A program made the position numbers and the translations under genes. From Andalucia godoyi And28 (lineage: Eukaryota; Protista; Jakobida), in assembly GCA_009859145.1 (NCBI GenBank), contig VRVR01000046.1, positions 124,001 through 188,000 on the forward strand: DNA of 64,000 nt, read 5' to 3'. The notes under the pieces are model-generated. The model made no database searches and was not told the DNA's origin. It saw only the letters and a program-made list of their open reading frames with translations. Shown one piece after another: positions 18,397 through 28,900 of this stretch (position 1 is the first letter of the stretch; the number at the start of each line of letters is the position of its first letter).

Positions 18397-18710
18397 ACTG
18401 TTGCACAATGCAGATCCTCGTTGATGCGAGATGCATAATTCACTTCCGTTACAAGAGATCGAGGGATCGTTCATCACACTTGAATTCATTCAGCAACGAC
18501 AAGCAAAGGGATATCGCCAAGAGGTAACACCGACGCGTACTCATCAACTCAAGTGGAAAACAGAGCGAAGACTTTTTGTTTGTATATGTGGGTGTGCTTG
18601 CTTACTTCACACGGCTAAACTCCCTGTTCTCTTTTTTCTGTTGGCTTGGTGTCTTCGTGGGAGTGAAAATCGGGCACTTGTGAGCACTTCTTTGCGGAGT
18701 TTTGCGATCC

Positions 18711-19196
18711 ATGACGGAATCTCAAGCAGCACTTGCTGCATCGTTGTCTGATCTCATCTTGCCGCTTGTGCAAGACTATGAAAACCAAATAGGCAAGATC
18801 CATGCTTCTCAATCTACTCTCGTTCAGAATATTGACGATCTGTCAGGCTCTCTTGGAGAGATCATGAGTGCTCCTGACTATCCGGAGTTGAAGGTGTACA
18901 TGAACAGGCTGCAAGTTGTGAAAAAGCGAATTACCACCCTGGATTCTTCGATTGGCGGAATAGCTGCTCGCCTGTCGAAGTTGCAGACTATGGTTAGTGA
19001 CCATGAGCGGCGATCCCAAAAAGCGCTGGCACCGCAATCGTCGCAATCAAGCTCTCCTCCAGGCATTGTCTCCGATGATGCTGTTGAAAACTCCGGCAAG
19101 AGGCCAGAAGACGTTTCGAACGCTGATGACGATGACATGGATGATGAGGAGAAGAAGTACATGGATGCCTTGACGTCCAATTCAGACGAGTCATAA
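18711..19196 (+). CDS. SNAPIN: SNAPIN (BLOC-1/BORC subunit)
   Basis: LAASLSDLILPLVQDYENQIGKIHASQSTLVQNIDDL...LKVYMNRLQVVKKRITTL..IAARLSKL follows the Snapin helical pattern. Confidence 0.75.
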   Translation: MTESQAALAASLSDLILPLVQDYENQIGKIHASQSTLVQNIDDLSGSLGEIMSAPDYPELKVYMNRLQVVKKRITTLDSSIGGIAARLSKLQTMVSDHERRSQKALAPQSSQSSSPPGIVSDDAVENSGKRPEDVSNADDDDMDDEEKKYMDALTSNSDES

Positions 19197-19307
19197 AGTA
19201 CGTCAATGAAGTCTCGTGGAATTTAATTTTTGTTTTAATGATTGATTGCATGTACATAAATACGAAATCACTGGACCCTGTTGAACAGGGCGCTCCGGGT
19301 TCCGTTG

Positions 19308-19601
19308 TCATTGTTCTCCGCCAAGAGATCGGGCATGGTCAAGATATTGAAACTCAAGAGCAGTGCATTCGCGGCCCGCAGGAACAATAGGCAACATGCC
19401 TTGGTCTACCAACGCATGCATGTCCGCTTTTACCATGGACAGCGTTTGAACCAATGCATCCAATGAACTGAACATCAGGCGCTGTGCATTTCCGTCGCCC
19501 GAAGACCCAAGCTTGTCCAACGTAGCAACAGTCACGTCAAGAACTGCAAGAACTTCTTCTTCGACGGCTTCAATCGATTTCACTGATCCAGGATTCTCCA
19601 T
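19308..19601 (-). CDS. Small helical protein, Mediator subunit MED11-like
   Basis: 97 aa; SIEAVEEEVLAVLDVTVATLDKL..FSSLDALVQTLSMVKADMHALV resembles the Med11 heptad pattern. Confidence 0.5.
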   Translation of the reverse strand: MENPGSVKSIEAVEEEVLAVLDVTVATLDKLGSSGDGNAQRLMFSSLDALVQTLSMVKADMHALVDQGMLPIVPAGRECTALEFQYLDHARSLGGEQ

Positions 19602-19913
19602 TTCCGACGCCAACGGTCTTGCGACGTGAAACAACGAAAAAGCTGGAGAGGGAAGTCAGAGAGGTCTGCTGGTTGTACTTGCGGCACACAGATGAAAAGA
19701 CGAAACAGCCCGACACTTGAGTGCAGGGTTATGGATAATACAAACATTTAGGGTTGCCACTTGTCAGCTGAAAGAGCAGCAAAGCAAATGAAAGGGCCTG
19801 AGGGCGGGAATGCCGAATGCAACACCTCCTTTGAAAAATTCTTTTCTGTTTTTGGTTTTGTTTTTCGATTTACTTGCTTTGTTTCTCTCGTCGTGATTTC
19901 TAACATCAGCAAT

Positions 19914-22100
19914 ATGGTTTCGTCAAGTCACTCCTGTAAACTCACGGACGCCCATTTTGACAGTACAGCATGGGAAAAAATTTGCGCAGCGCTTGCCGCA
20001 GATTCTTCTGTTGATACGAGTGGACTGACCAACAGGCAGCTGATGAATACGTTTCAAGGCCTCTGGAACTTGGCAGACGAGCATCTCGGATTGAACTCAA
20101 AGGAAGCGATAAAACCGAAGATTCCTTCGTTCGTTTTGAGAGATTACAGGCTAATCGACGGCACCGTGTATCACATGTTGAAGTTCATTCTCAATCAAAA
20201 AGTTGTTCAGCAAATTCGAAGGTTTGAATGGCAAAATGCAACGAAGCATCAGCAGTACCTGGATATTTATCATGAGATGCGTGACATGCTTCGTTCGTCT
20301 GGCCATTTTAGATCTATTTCTGTTTACTTCGAATACGTCAACGTAACACCTGCAGAACAGGACGTCGTCAAGTTTTTTGCTGCTCGTATCGCTGAAAAGC
20401 GTGAAGATGCCCATTTGATTGTGGCAGACGACCTCTCGGACATGCCCAAATCAGACTCTAATTCCGCAGACAGGGAAGAGGAAGATGAGGAATTCGTTCG
20501 AACGATTTCCAAGTCTGAAAAGACCAGGACTGTCCACTGGTGGTACCATCCGGATTCATATAATTCTGTCGTCGCAAATGGCGAATTAGAGCTTGATGAT
20601 GATTTAGTGGAGGCCGACTCCATTGTTGCCGTTGACGATCCGTCGAATATGGTCCCGCGTCGTGTGACACGTCGATTCCTCGCGGATTCGATGAAATTCC
20701 GAGAGTGGATGAATCCTCTGGATTATGAGACTGAGCTTCCTGTTCCCTCTACAGATGTCCTGCCTGCAGAACTTGTTTCCAAGTATGCAGAAATTGAGGA
20801 GGCTGAAAGACCGGTGAAGCGCATGAAGGTGTCTTCTGACCTGCGGAATGAATCCGTCTCCCGTATCGACGAAGCTGAGGACGAACACATGGAAGATGTC
20901 GCTGCTCGATTGCAAAACACAGAGCCTGTTATGACAGTATCTGTCCCTTCGTATGCGGACTGGTTTTCTTTGGAAAACGTTCATGAATGCGAAAAACAGG
21001 CTCTTCCAATGTTTTTCGATCGCTCTTCTGCAACGCGGACTCCGGAAATTTATGTTCAATACAGAAACGAAATGGTGAGGCTGTTCCGTTGCCGCCCTGA
21101 TCGTTATTTATCGTTGTCTTTCGTAAGAAGATTTCTCCGCGGAGACGTGGTGATGCTGAGTAGAATTTTTGCTTTCTTGGAAAAGTGGGGCATTATCAAT
21201 CACGCGGTTGACATTCCCAAGGTGCCAGTGACCGTCTCTGATCGGAGTTATGTTTCGAAAGTCGTTTCAGATCATCCGGATGGTTTGCTGCCCAAGACGT
21301 CTCTCTCTTTTTCTGGTTTGCCTCCAGTTTTAGCAGACAGTCACAAACTGGCACCTGCTGACGTGTTTCCAAACATGATGAGTCAGGCTGCTGCATTTGC
21401 AGGGGTAAATGTGGAAGATCCGGATTGGACACCGCAGGAAACGTTATCGCTTTTGCAGGCAATTGAAAAGTATGGTGATGCTTGGTCGCAGGTTGCTGCT
21501 GAAGTCGGTACAAAAACCAAGGAACAGTGCGTTGCACATTTCCTTCGCTTACCCATTGAAGACTCTTATCTTGCGCAGTATGATCGGAACGCTTCGTCTC
21601 TTAGGGACGATCTTGCGTTTCTTGGTTCTGCAAATCCGATTATGGTAATGCTGGCATTTTTGAGAGACAATGTGGATGAGAAGGTGGCGGCGGAAGCTGC
21701 CAAAGAGCTATCTGCTGCACTGTCTGATCCCTCTAAAAAGGCTGCGACAGAATCTGTGCGACACAATGTGGGAATTATGGTCAGCGCAAGTATGCGAAAG
21801 GCTCTGGAATTAGCGGTCCATGAAGAGCGTGAGATTGCAAAATGTGCAATGCGACTTGTGGAGTTGCAGATGCGCAAGGTTCACGCTTTGTCAAAGACTT
21901 TCCAGAACTTGGATAAGCATGTGCATAACGACTATGATCGTCTTGACCGTGCCCGTCAGCAGTTGATGCGAGATCGATTCCTTCTAAGCAGAGACAAAAT
22001 GCAACTTCTTCCCGTTCAAAGTTCAATTATGACAGATACTCCGCCAGCAGCGCAAGTATTTTCGCAAAAAGTTCCTCAACCGGGGGGGCCTGTTGTTTAG
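19914..22100 (+). CDS. SMARCC: SWI/SNF core subunit SWI3/SMARCC (SWIRM, SANT, coiled coil)
   Basis: SWIRM: VPSYADWFSLENVHECEKQALPMFF..RTPEIYVQYRN..WGIIN. SANT: DWTPQETLSLLQAIEKYGDAWSQVAAEVGTKTKEQCVAHFLRLPIED. Also ANPIM and EEREI motifs. Start at MVSSSHS. Confidence 0.95.
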   Translation: MVSSSHSCKLTDAHFDSTAWEKICAALAADSSVDTSGLTNRQLMNTFQGLWNLADEHLGLNSKEAIKPKIPSFVLRDYRLIDGTVYHMLKFILNQKVVQQIRRFEWQNATKHQQYLDIYHEMRDMLRSSGHFRSISVYFEYVNVTPAEQDVVKFFAARIAEKREDAHLIVADDLSDMPKSDSNSADREEEDEEFVRTISKSEKTRTVHWWYHPDSYNSVVANGELELDDDLVEADSIVAVDDPSNMVPRRVTRRFLADSMKFREWMNPLDYETELPVPSTDVLPAELVSKYAEIEEAERPVKRMKVSSDLRNESVSRIDEAEDEHMEDVAARLQNTEPVMTVSVPSYADWFSLENVHECEKQALPMFFDRSSATRTPEIYVQYRNEMVRLFRCRPDRYLSLSFVRRFLRGDVVMLSRIFAFLEKWGIINHAVDIPKVPVTVSDRSYVSKVVSDHPDGLLPKTSLSFSGLPPVLADSHKLAPADVFPNMMSQAAAFAGVNVEDPDWTPQETLSLLQAIEKYGDAWSQVAAEVGTKTKEQCVAHFLRLPIEDSYLAQYDRNASSLRDDLAFLGSANPIMVMLAFLRDNVDEKVAAEAAKELSAALSDPSKKAATESVRHNVGIMVSASMRKALELAVHEEREIAKCAMRLVELQMRKVHALSKTFQNLDKHVHNDYDRLDRARQQLMRDRFLLSRDKMQLLPVQSSIMTDTPPAAQVFSQKVPQPGGPVV

Positions 22101-24196
22101 GATAATCGTTACTTGCCGAATAAAGAACTGTGCACGATCACTTGGATCATTTGTCAACCGCGCGGCGTAATGACGGTACCTGATTGAAAAAAAGTTGAAT
22201 CACTCTTCAAAGTTAGCCATGTGAAAACAGTTGTTGGAAAGAAGGCGGTTCTGAAAGAATCCGTTGAGATAAACAACGATAAAATCCGTGACGGAGCAAA
22301 ATCAGCGGTTTCATTACCGAGCTGATGATCGCAGAAGAGAAAAGGCTTCAAGCCGCTAGAAGAGTTCAACCAGCGCGAAAAATGGTGATGAAGGCGAAGG
22401 ATCTTGTGATTGAGGAGCTCTTTGAATGTCAAGAAACACTGGACATTCCAACAGAAAGCAAACAGGCAAGCGGACAAGTGTGTCGGATCGTGGGCATACT
22501 AACGGGCTCACAGAACTCAACAGCAGACTGGCGAAAGGGAAGTTGAAAGACGATTCCATCAACAAAAAGAAAAACTTCACAGAAAGTGTTCCGACAGTTC
22601 ACAACTTGGAACAACAAAAGTGACTGCCTGAGGGCCGAAGATGGTACGCTAGCCCGACGATGACCAGTTGCAAACGCCGCATGGTGTTGAAATATCAACT
22701 GCGCCAAAAGGTTTGCTAGCTACCCGTGGAATGTGAAACGTGCAAATCCAAAACATGGTGCATTCTGATAACGTTCGCAAGCCCCGATAACAGGTGGTGA
22801 GCAACAATCAGGAACAGAAGAAAGCAAGCACATGTGTCAGTAAGAAAATAGGAACAAGAGACACCACGGAGCACGATGTAGTCCAGTAAACTTAAAATGA
22901 AGCGAATGTGCTCAAATGGATCGAGCATATGATTATGAGAGTAAGGTGATGCACGGATGTGGGGAATTCATAAACAACGCGCAGACAAATCGTTAAATGC
23001 CAATGCACTCTAGGCATCGACAAACGTGCTCGGTAGAAAAATGTGCAACTAAGCCTGTCGCCAGAGCAAAGTCGGATCACCTTCGGTGCAAGTTGACAAG
23101 GGCTGCGGCAAGAAAGGTCGTTTTTCAGAAGTTGCCATCGCGGGAATCTTTCAGAAGTCACGTCACAGAAACAGCAAGTCTTCCGGTTTCTCCAGCTCCT
23201 TGCTTGCTTTCAAGAGAAGCAGCTCTTTAAGAACGCTTCATTGGCATGATTTTCTTCTATTCCGGTGTTTCGGAAGATTTTCTCAGTTCACTGCTTCACC
23301 GCTATCTTCAGAGTCAGATTTGCATGCGCACATAGGAATTCACATTGGCATACTGCTTTCCATTCGGCAAAGTACGCTGGTAAATTCTCAAAGCATTGGT
23401 TGATTGACATCCCGCAATTTTTTTGCTGCCTGCTGCCGCTACAACGTACTTTGCTTATTCCTACTGAGAATGCCCGCTCTTCGCACAGTTTTTGTCTGAA
23501 GGCGTTTGACGAAGCATAGGAAAGGGCGGCAATGAAAATTTGTGTTCTGCACACAAATCGGCCAAATCACAGCAACTTCCTTGCAATTGTGACGTAGTTT
23601 TGTGAATCAGAATACCGCCAGTCAAATTGTGTAAGCGTTTTCTGTATTTTCCATCTCTCCCTCGTTTTCTCTGCCTGTCTTGACCCCACTGACCACGGTG
23701 CGCTTAATATTTCACATGATTCCCGTCTAGCTTCGTTGCTGGGGCTTGTCCATCCGCACCTCCGTGAAAAGCAGGGTGCCTTCCAGATCGCTGCTTCTGT
23801 TTTTAATTATGCCATCGTTTTCCAAATTTGAGTTCCTTTCCCATCGGTTTCGGTGCATTCTGCAGTCTTTTTGTGTTCCAGAGGGTGTCCACGATTTATC
23901 CGACTTCACGAATTCTGTTCTGCAGATTATCAGTGCCTTTTTTGCCTCTTTTCTTTTTCCTCGCCTTGTTCTGTTTCTGCTTTGATGGATTGCTGGCAAT
24001 TTCACCACCACCACCACTCATTCATGCATTTAGACGAACGCTCTCTTCAAAATCGTTTTCTAGCGTTGTCCAGGTATTTTCCGTCATGTGTTTCGTTACT
24101 TGTAGGTTACTACAACTGACTTGCAGATGACGAGATTTGAAAAATGAAACGTGGGATTATCTCTGAGTTTGTTCTCTTGCCCAATCTGTTTGGCTG

Positions 24197-24553
24197 TCAT
24201 GAACGCAACATTTTTAAAAAATTACACTCAAGCCTTCCAACAGGAAATGAAAACGCGACAAGTGCGATGCCTTCTTTCTCCAGGTTCCAGCCCAAAATTA
24301 TCGTGTTTGATCGTTTTCTGGCCATATTAGGCCCAGTTTTGAATGAAGATCGAACAATAGTACAATGAAAAGACCACCTGCGGTGCGATGCAGCCGCGAA
24401 TGCCAGCTTCTTAAGCAGCCCGTTCCTGGAATGATTCGGCGCACTCGGTTGTATTCTGCAGTCATTACAGCACTTGGTTGTGCGGAATTCGTCCATGATG
24501 ACCGGGTTCGGCTTCGTGGGCTGTCGAAGAGGCAAAACCACATGCCTAAACAA
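24197..24553 (-). mobile_element. Degenerate Fanzor1/TnpB-like fragment (RuvC-II, zinc finger)
   Basis: VIMDEFRTTKCCNDC at 24493-24458 matches the Fanzor1 DE(F/Y)RTS(K)xCxxC motif. Decayed downstream sequence (RWSFHC..GPNMA) is a possible second Cys pair and RuvC-III. No intact upstream ORF. Confidence 0.6.
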
Positions 24554-24902
24554 CGATTCTCTGTAACGAAAGACGAAACAAAGAAAAGAAAATTGGTATG
24601 GAGGAAAACTCCCAACGACTGATCGTCAACGAAATCAGCCATCAGACAGATTCGGTAATCCCGAAACACCCGAAGCGTTGGACAATATTGTCAGCAGTTA
24701 TTACAAAGACCGAAGAGTCGAAAAAGTTGCTGTTGCTGCGCGAACTCCACGAGCTCCCAGGTAAATCTGATCAAAGGATACGTGCTGTTGCCGATTCGAA
24801 ACGTGATTTTGAAAGAAACCGTTTGGTGCGGACAGTCGTGCGAGGAACAAAACCCGGCGAGGGTTGGGTTGGAGGGTGGTGCTTACTCGTGGTATCCAGC
24901 CA

Positions 24903-25448
24903 TTATTTCGACGAAGGCAAATACGCCTGCTGTTGCAAGTGCTGTCTCACCGATTTTTCAAACTCGTATTGACGCTGCATAATAGATGATAACGATTCCT
25001 GAAACTCCACAAGGCGTGCCGCAATACGAGCAGTGTGCTCTTCCATGGTAGAGAGCCGTACTTCAAGATCTTCACGAACGGAACAAAAAGAAGAATTCAT
25101 GGCTTCTTCAAGTGCGCCAACCCGGTACCACAATGCTTTCATTCGCGATCCGTCAATATCTTGAACAGCTTCTGTAAGCCGATGAACATGCTGTTCGATT
25201 TGTGAGATCCTTGTGTCCTGATTATGCGGCTGTCTTGGAATGCCGTAAACGGGAGATCCTTGTGATTTCATATCGTTTAAGGCTCTCTCCAGCTGATCCA
25301 AGCGATTTGCCATGTTCGCAAGCGCACTAGCTGTGTCTGTAACTGACGGTCCTTCTGCATCAAATCTGAATGGGCTGGTGCCGGATTGTCGAGCAGAGCG
25401 AAGCGGGCCAGCTGACCCAAACGCCTGCGGCTTAGGAGATGGGAGCAT
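24903..25448 (-). CDS. Hypothetical coiled-coil protein
   Basis: 181 aa with ATG start; heptad-rich (RLDQLERALNDM, RISQIEQHVHRL, LEVRLSTMEEH). Confidence 0.7.
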   Translation of the reverse strand: MLPSPKPQAFGSAGPLRSARQSGTSPFRFDAEGPSVTDTASALANMANRLDQLERALNDMKSQGSPVYGIPRQPHNQDTRISQIEQHVHRLTEAVQDIDGSRMKALWYRVGALEEAMNSSFCSVREDLEVRLSTMEEHTARIAARLVEFQESLSSIMQRQYEFEKSVRQHLQQQAYLPSSK

Positions 25449-25969
25449 TAATAACGAAGAAGATCGATTCGAAGACTATGTGTTTTTCCTGACATTCCAA
25501 TACAGCCCGTTGTTTGGAGTTGCTCGGGCTGTCTTTTTTTCAGACTTCGTGTGTCGTTCTTGCACATTTTCAGGCTTTCCCTACAGCAGATCGGAAGGTT
25601 TTTTGACAGTGGATCCGTGGTCCGTTTTACAGGTAGACAGTACCCTCCAACCCAAAGCCTCTCCAAACATTTGGCTCGCATGCTGCGCCTCAGACAGATT
25701 TTTTTAGCGTAAAGTGACTTTTACAATCCGCATCAGCGGCCATCATCGATTACAAGGAGTCAGTTGTCAGTATTCGAGAGTGGACAACGACAACGACAAC
25801 AACCGGTGGCAGCAATCTGCAGAGGAAAAAGGTCGGCCTTCATTCAACAGCAATGTCGACGGCTGCAAACTCAGCCATACTATCCAATGATATCACAGCA
25901 GTCCATCCAGACATTTGGGTTGGGGGGTTATAGATAGTCAGTCCTATTGCAGACTACGATTTATCAGCA

Positions 25970-28900
25970 TTACGATTTGATAAGTTGGAAAGCCTTTTCC
26001 AATCGATGTTTCGTGTTGTTTTCCACTTGAGAAGCTCTGGATTTGCTCAGTCTTTGTGCCATATGCGACCCATACGACACTCGCGATGGCATCGCGTCAT
26101 GCAACTTCCGTCGATCAATGATTTCTTCCGCAGTCTCTATGCGAGTCGACGGGACGCTGCTTCCCTGCAACTGTGAAAGCATCTTTTCGATATCCTCTAA
26201 CATGTCTGGTGCACGTCCGGCCACTTCCTGAGGCAGCGGGGTGACTGGAAATTCACGGACTGGCGCAACCTGAAGAAAATCTGCGTCTGAGTAAGATTTG
26301 TCCATGGCTTGATGCACTTTCACGTCAAGCGCATTCACTTTAGCAAGCAGCGATGTAATTGACGGCATCTCCACGAAATCGGCAGATTCTTGCAAAATCT
26401 GTCCAGCATCTTCCAAAAACTGAGATTCATTCAAATTTGAAACATGTAGGAACTGACCTGTAGCAGCTTTGGAGGACGTAAGCAGTTCTGGCTTGATTGC
26501 TGTCAACTGCAGATTTGAAGGAGCCGTATCAGATACAGGCACGCCGGTCGGGGTCACCAATATTGGAGAACCATCTGGAGGACGTATTTCCTGATCAGTC
26601 TGGACGGGGGCGGAAACTTTCTCCACCACTGGAGTTGGGGAGATGTTCTTCAGGAACGACAAATCATCCATCAACACCGGGACGACGCATTTGGGTGCTT
26701 CATTTCTGGGCGAGGCAGTTTGAGTTGAGATGACACGAGAAACTTGCGGTGCACTTGGAGCAGGCAGACGAGAAGGCAGCCTCAAGATACGCAATTGCTG
26801 CGCAGTAACAGCTTGATTACCCAACGGAGCTCCTAGATTACGTTCTGGTATCTGGATCTCCACCACGGGTTGAGCGATTCGCAGTAATCGAACCTTTGAA
26901 GTCGAGATGTTTTTGGTTGGGGCAACAGCCTCTCTCTTCTCATGCATAATTCGCAGAGGCCTCACAGATGTCTGCGCCCATCGCTGGGGCCCTGCAAGGT
27001 TTTGTTGCGGGGCGAGAACTGCGTCATGCAGCACATTCTCATGACGTTTTTCAGGCACCGGATCAGTTGAAGCATCAGTGGAAGACAGTCTACTGACTGC
27101 CTGACAACTAAAATCCTTGAATTCTTTGTTTTCCTTCGGTCGATTCTCGTGCGGTAAGATGGGCTGGGATGCCTCGCGTTCTGGATCCGCAGCCGCCGCC
27201 ACCTTCCTAAACAGAGAATGTCGCCTTGTTGGAGATACGGAGCCAGAGTTGGAAGGCGTGTGGGGAACGTTTGCCAGACCAGGTTGTTTCCCAGAAACTC
27301 TGGGAGAAACAGAGCTTACCGACTCCGATTCTCGAGAAGGGGTGTCTCGTCCACTGAATTCAGCGTCCATCAACTGCACAATAGAGATTCTGGGGGACTG
27401 CCGTTTTGCAAGATCCAACATCACCGGCGTGGATTCGCGCTCTGTTATTTTGGATGGAAGAAGCAGACTTGATTTTTTCAGGGACACCTCAGGTTCAAAA
27501 ACCACAGGATCTGTTCCAGTTTCTATTTTCAATATTGCAGGGGGATTTTGCACGAGCAGAGACGCGGGAACCACGGACACCGTCTCATTGTTCGACGCGA
27601 ATGCACTGGTTTCTGTGCTTACCGATTTCATTGAACGAGGAGGCACTGGTAATACTGCTGGCCGCACTGGTTCAGGACACTGCACAATTCGGCCAGCGTC
27701 AATGGCTGTGTCAATGGATACTGGAGAACTGAGAACAGCAGATTGCTTTGAACTCTCAGAAGCAGGAGATATGCTGCGAGAGTCATTCAGCATCAGAGCA
27801 TTCATCAGTTGAGAAGAGGAAACATCACTTGAAAATCGAAGCGACCTGTCTAACCGATCCAAGAAGTCCATGTAAAGCATCGAATTCTTCTCATAGCTGA
27901 AATCAATTCTGCCAACACACTCTGGGGTAAAGTAAGACGATGCGAACGAGAATGCTGCCAGAGTATTCTGCGATTGTGTAGAAAACAAAACTGGTTCTAC
28001 ATCTCGGAAGGATGGAGCTGACAGATTTCGGTCTACCACGAACTTTTCCGCCTTTGCTCTCAAATGGGGGGCCAGTGCGTCCGTTCTGTGAAGACCAGCT
28101 CGAAAGAATACAGTTTCTTCCGGATTTTGATCCAAAATAAGATTCTGAAACACATGGGGCTGTTGATAAAACTCTGCAAAGCAAAGGAGATCACAGTACG
28201 CGTACTGCAGCTTTGCACCCACTGATATTAATCCGAGAAGATATACGAGATATGCGTACCGAATCAACATACGCTCCAGATCATCAAGAAGTTCCGCTCT
28301 TACAAGAGGTGCATTGCCATTATCAGTAGACTGCGAGGGATCTAGATGTGCGAGACAGAAGGAACAAGCAACTATACAATCCAGCCGATCTTCCAAGGAC
28401 ATTGTCTCTGTTGGAGCTCGATTCTGAATGGACTGAATACCCTCTCTTGAGGGGCTGAACACATTTCGAAGAGAGTCATCCAAGTGGGAAACACGCTGTT
28501 CGACGTCCTCAAAGAAATCCGCAGATGATGTATTACAGATGTTCTTCTGTAAAGACCCAAATTCTCTTTTCAGCACTTCAACAGCCCGGCTGAATAGATC
28601 ATCAAAGACCTGCACGCGAATCCGGGATGACAAATCAGCAGCCCCAACAAAATCGGACATCAAAAAACAGACGAAGGCAGGAGTAATCAAGCCGATGTGA
28701 ACCGATTGTGATGAGAACCGAATCAATTCATCTCGAAGCAGGGCAGAGTTCGGACCCAGAAACTCGCACAGTCGATACAATTCTGAGGAATTTTGCTCAT
28801 TGAGACAAATTCGAAGAGCAGTTCGGATGTTGCCAGAAATGAACAAAAAGTCCAAAGCATTTGAAAACGTAAGCGCCCGATGGAATTCTTTCGAGTTGGC

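Noticed and set aside
25448-25707. In-frame upstream extension of the coiled-coil gene across two TAG codons
   Set aside because: TAG is a genuine stop in HUS1, ADK and SMARCC; no support for readthrough.
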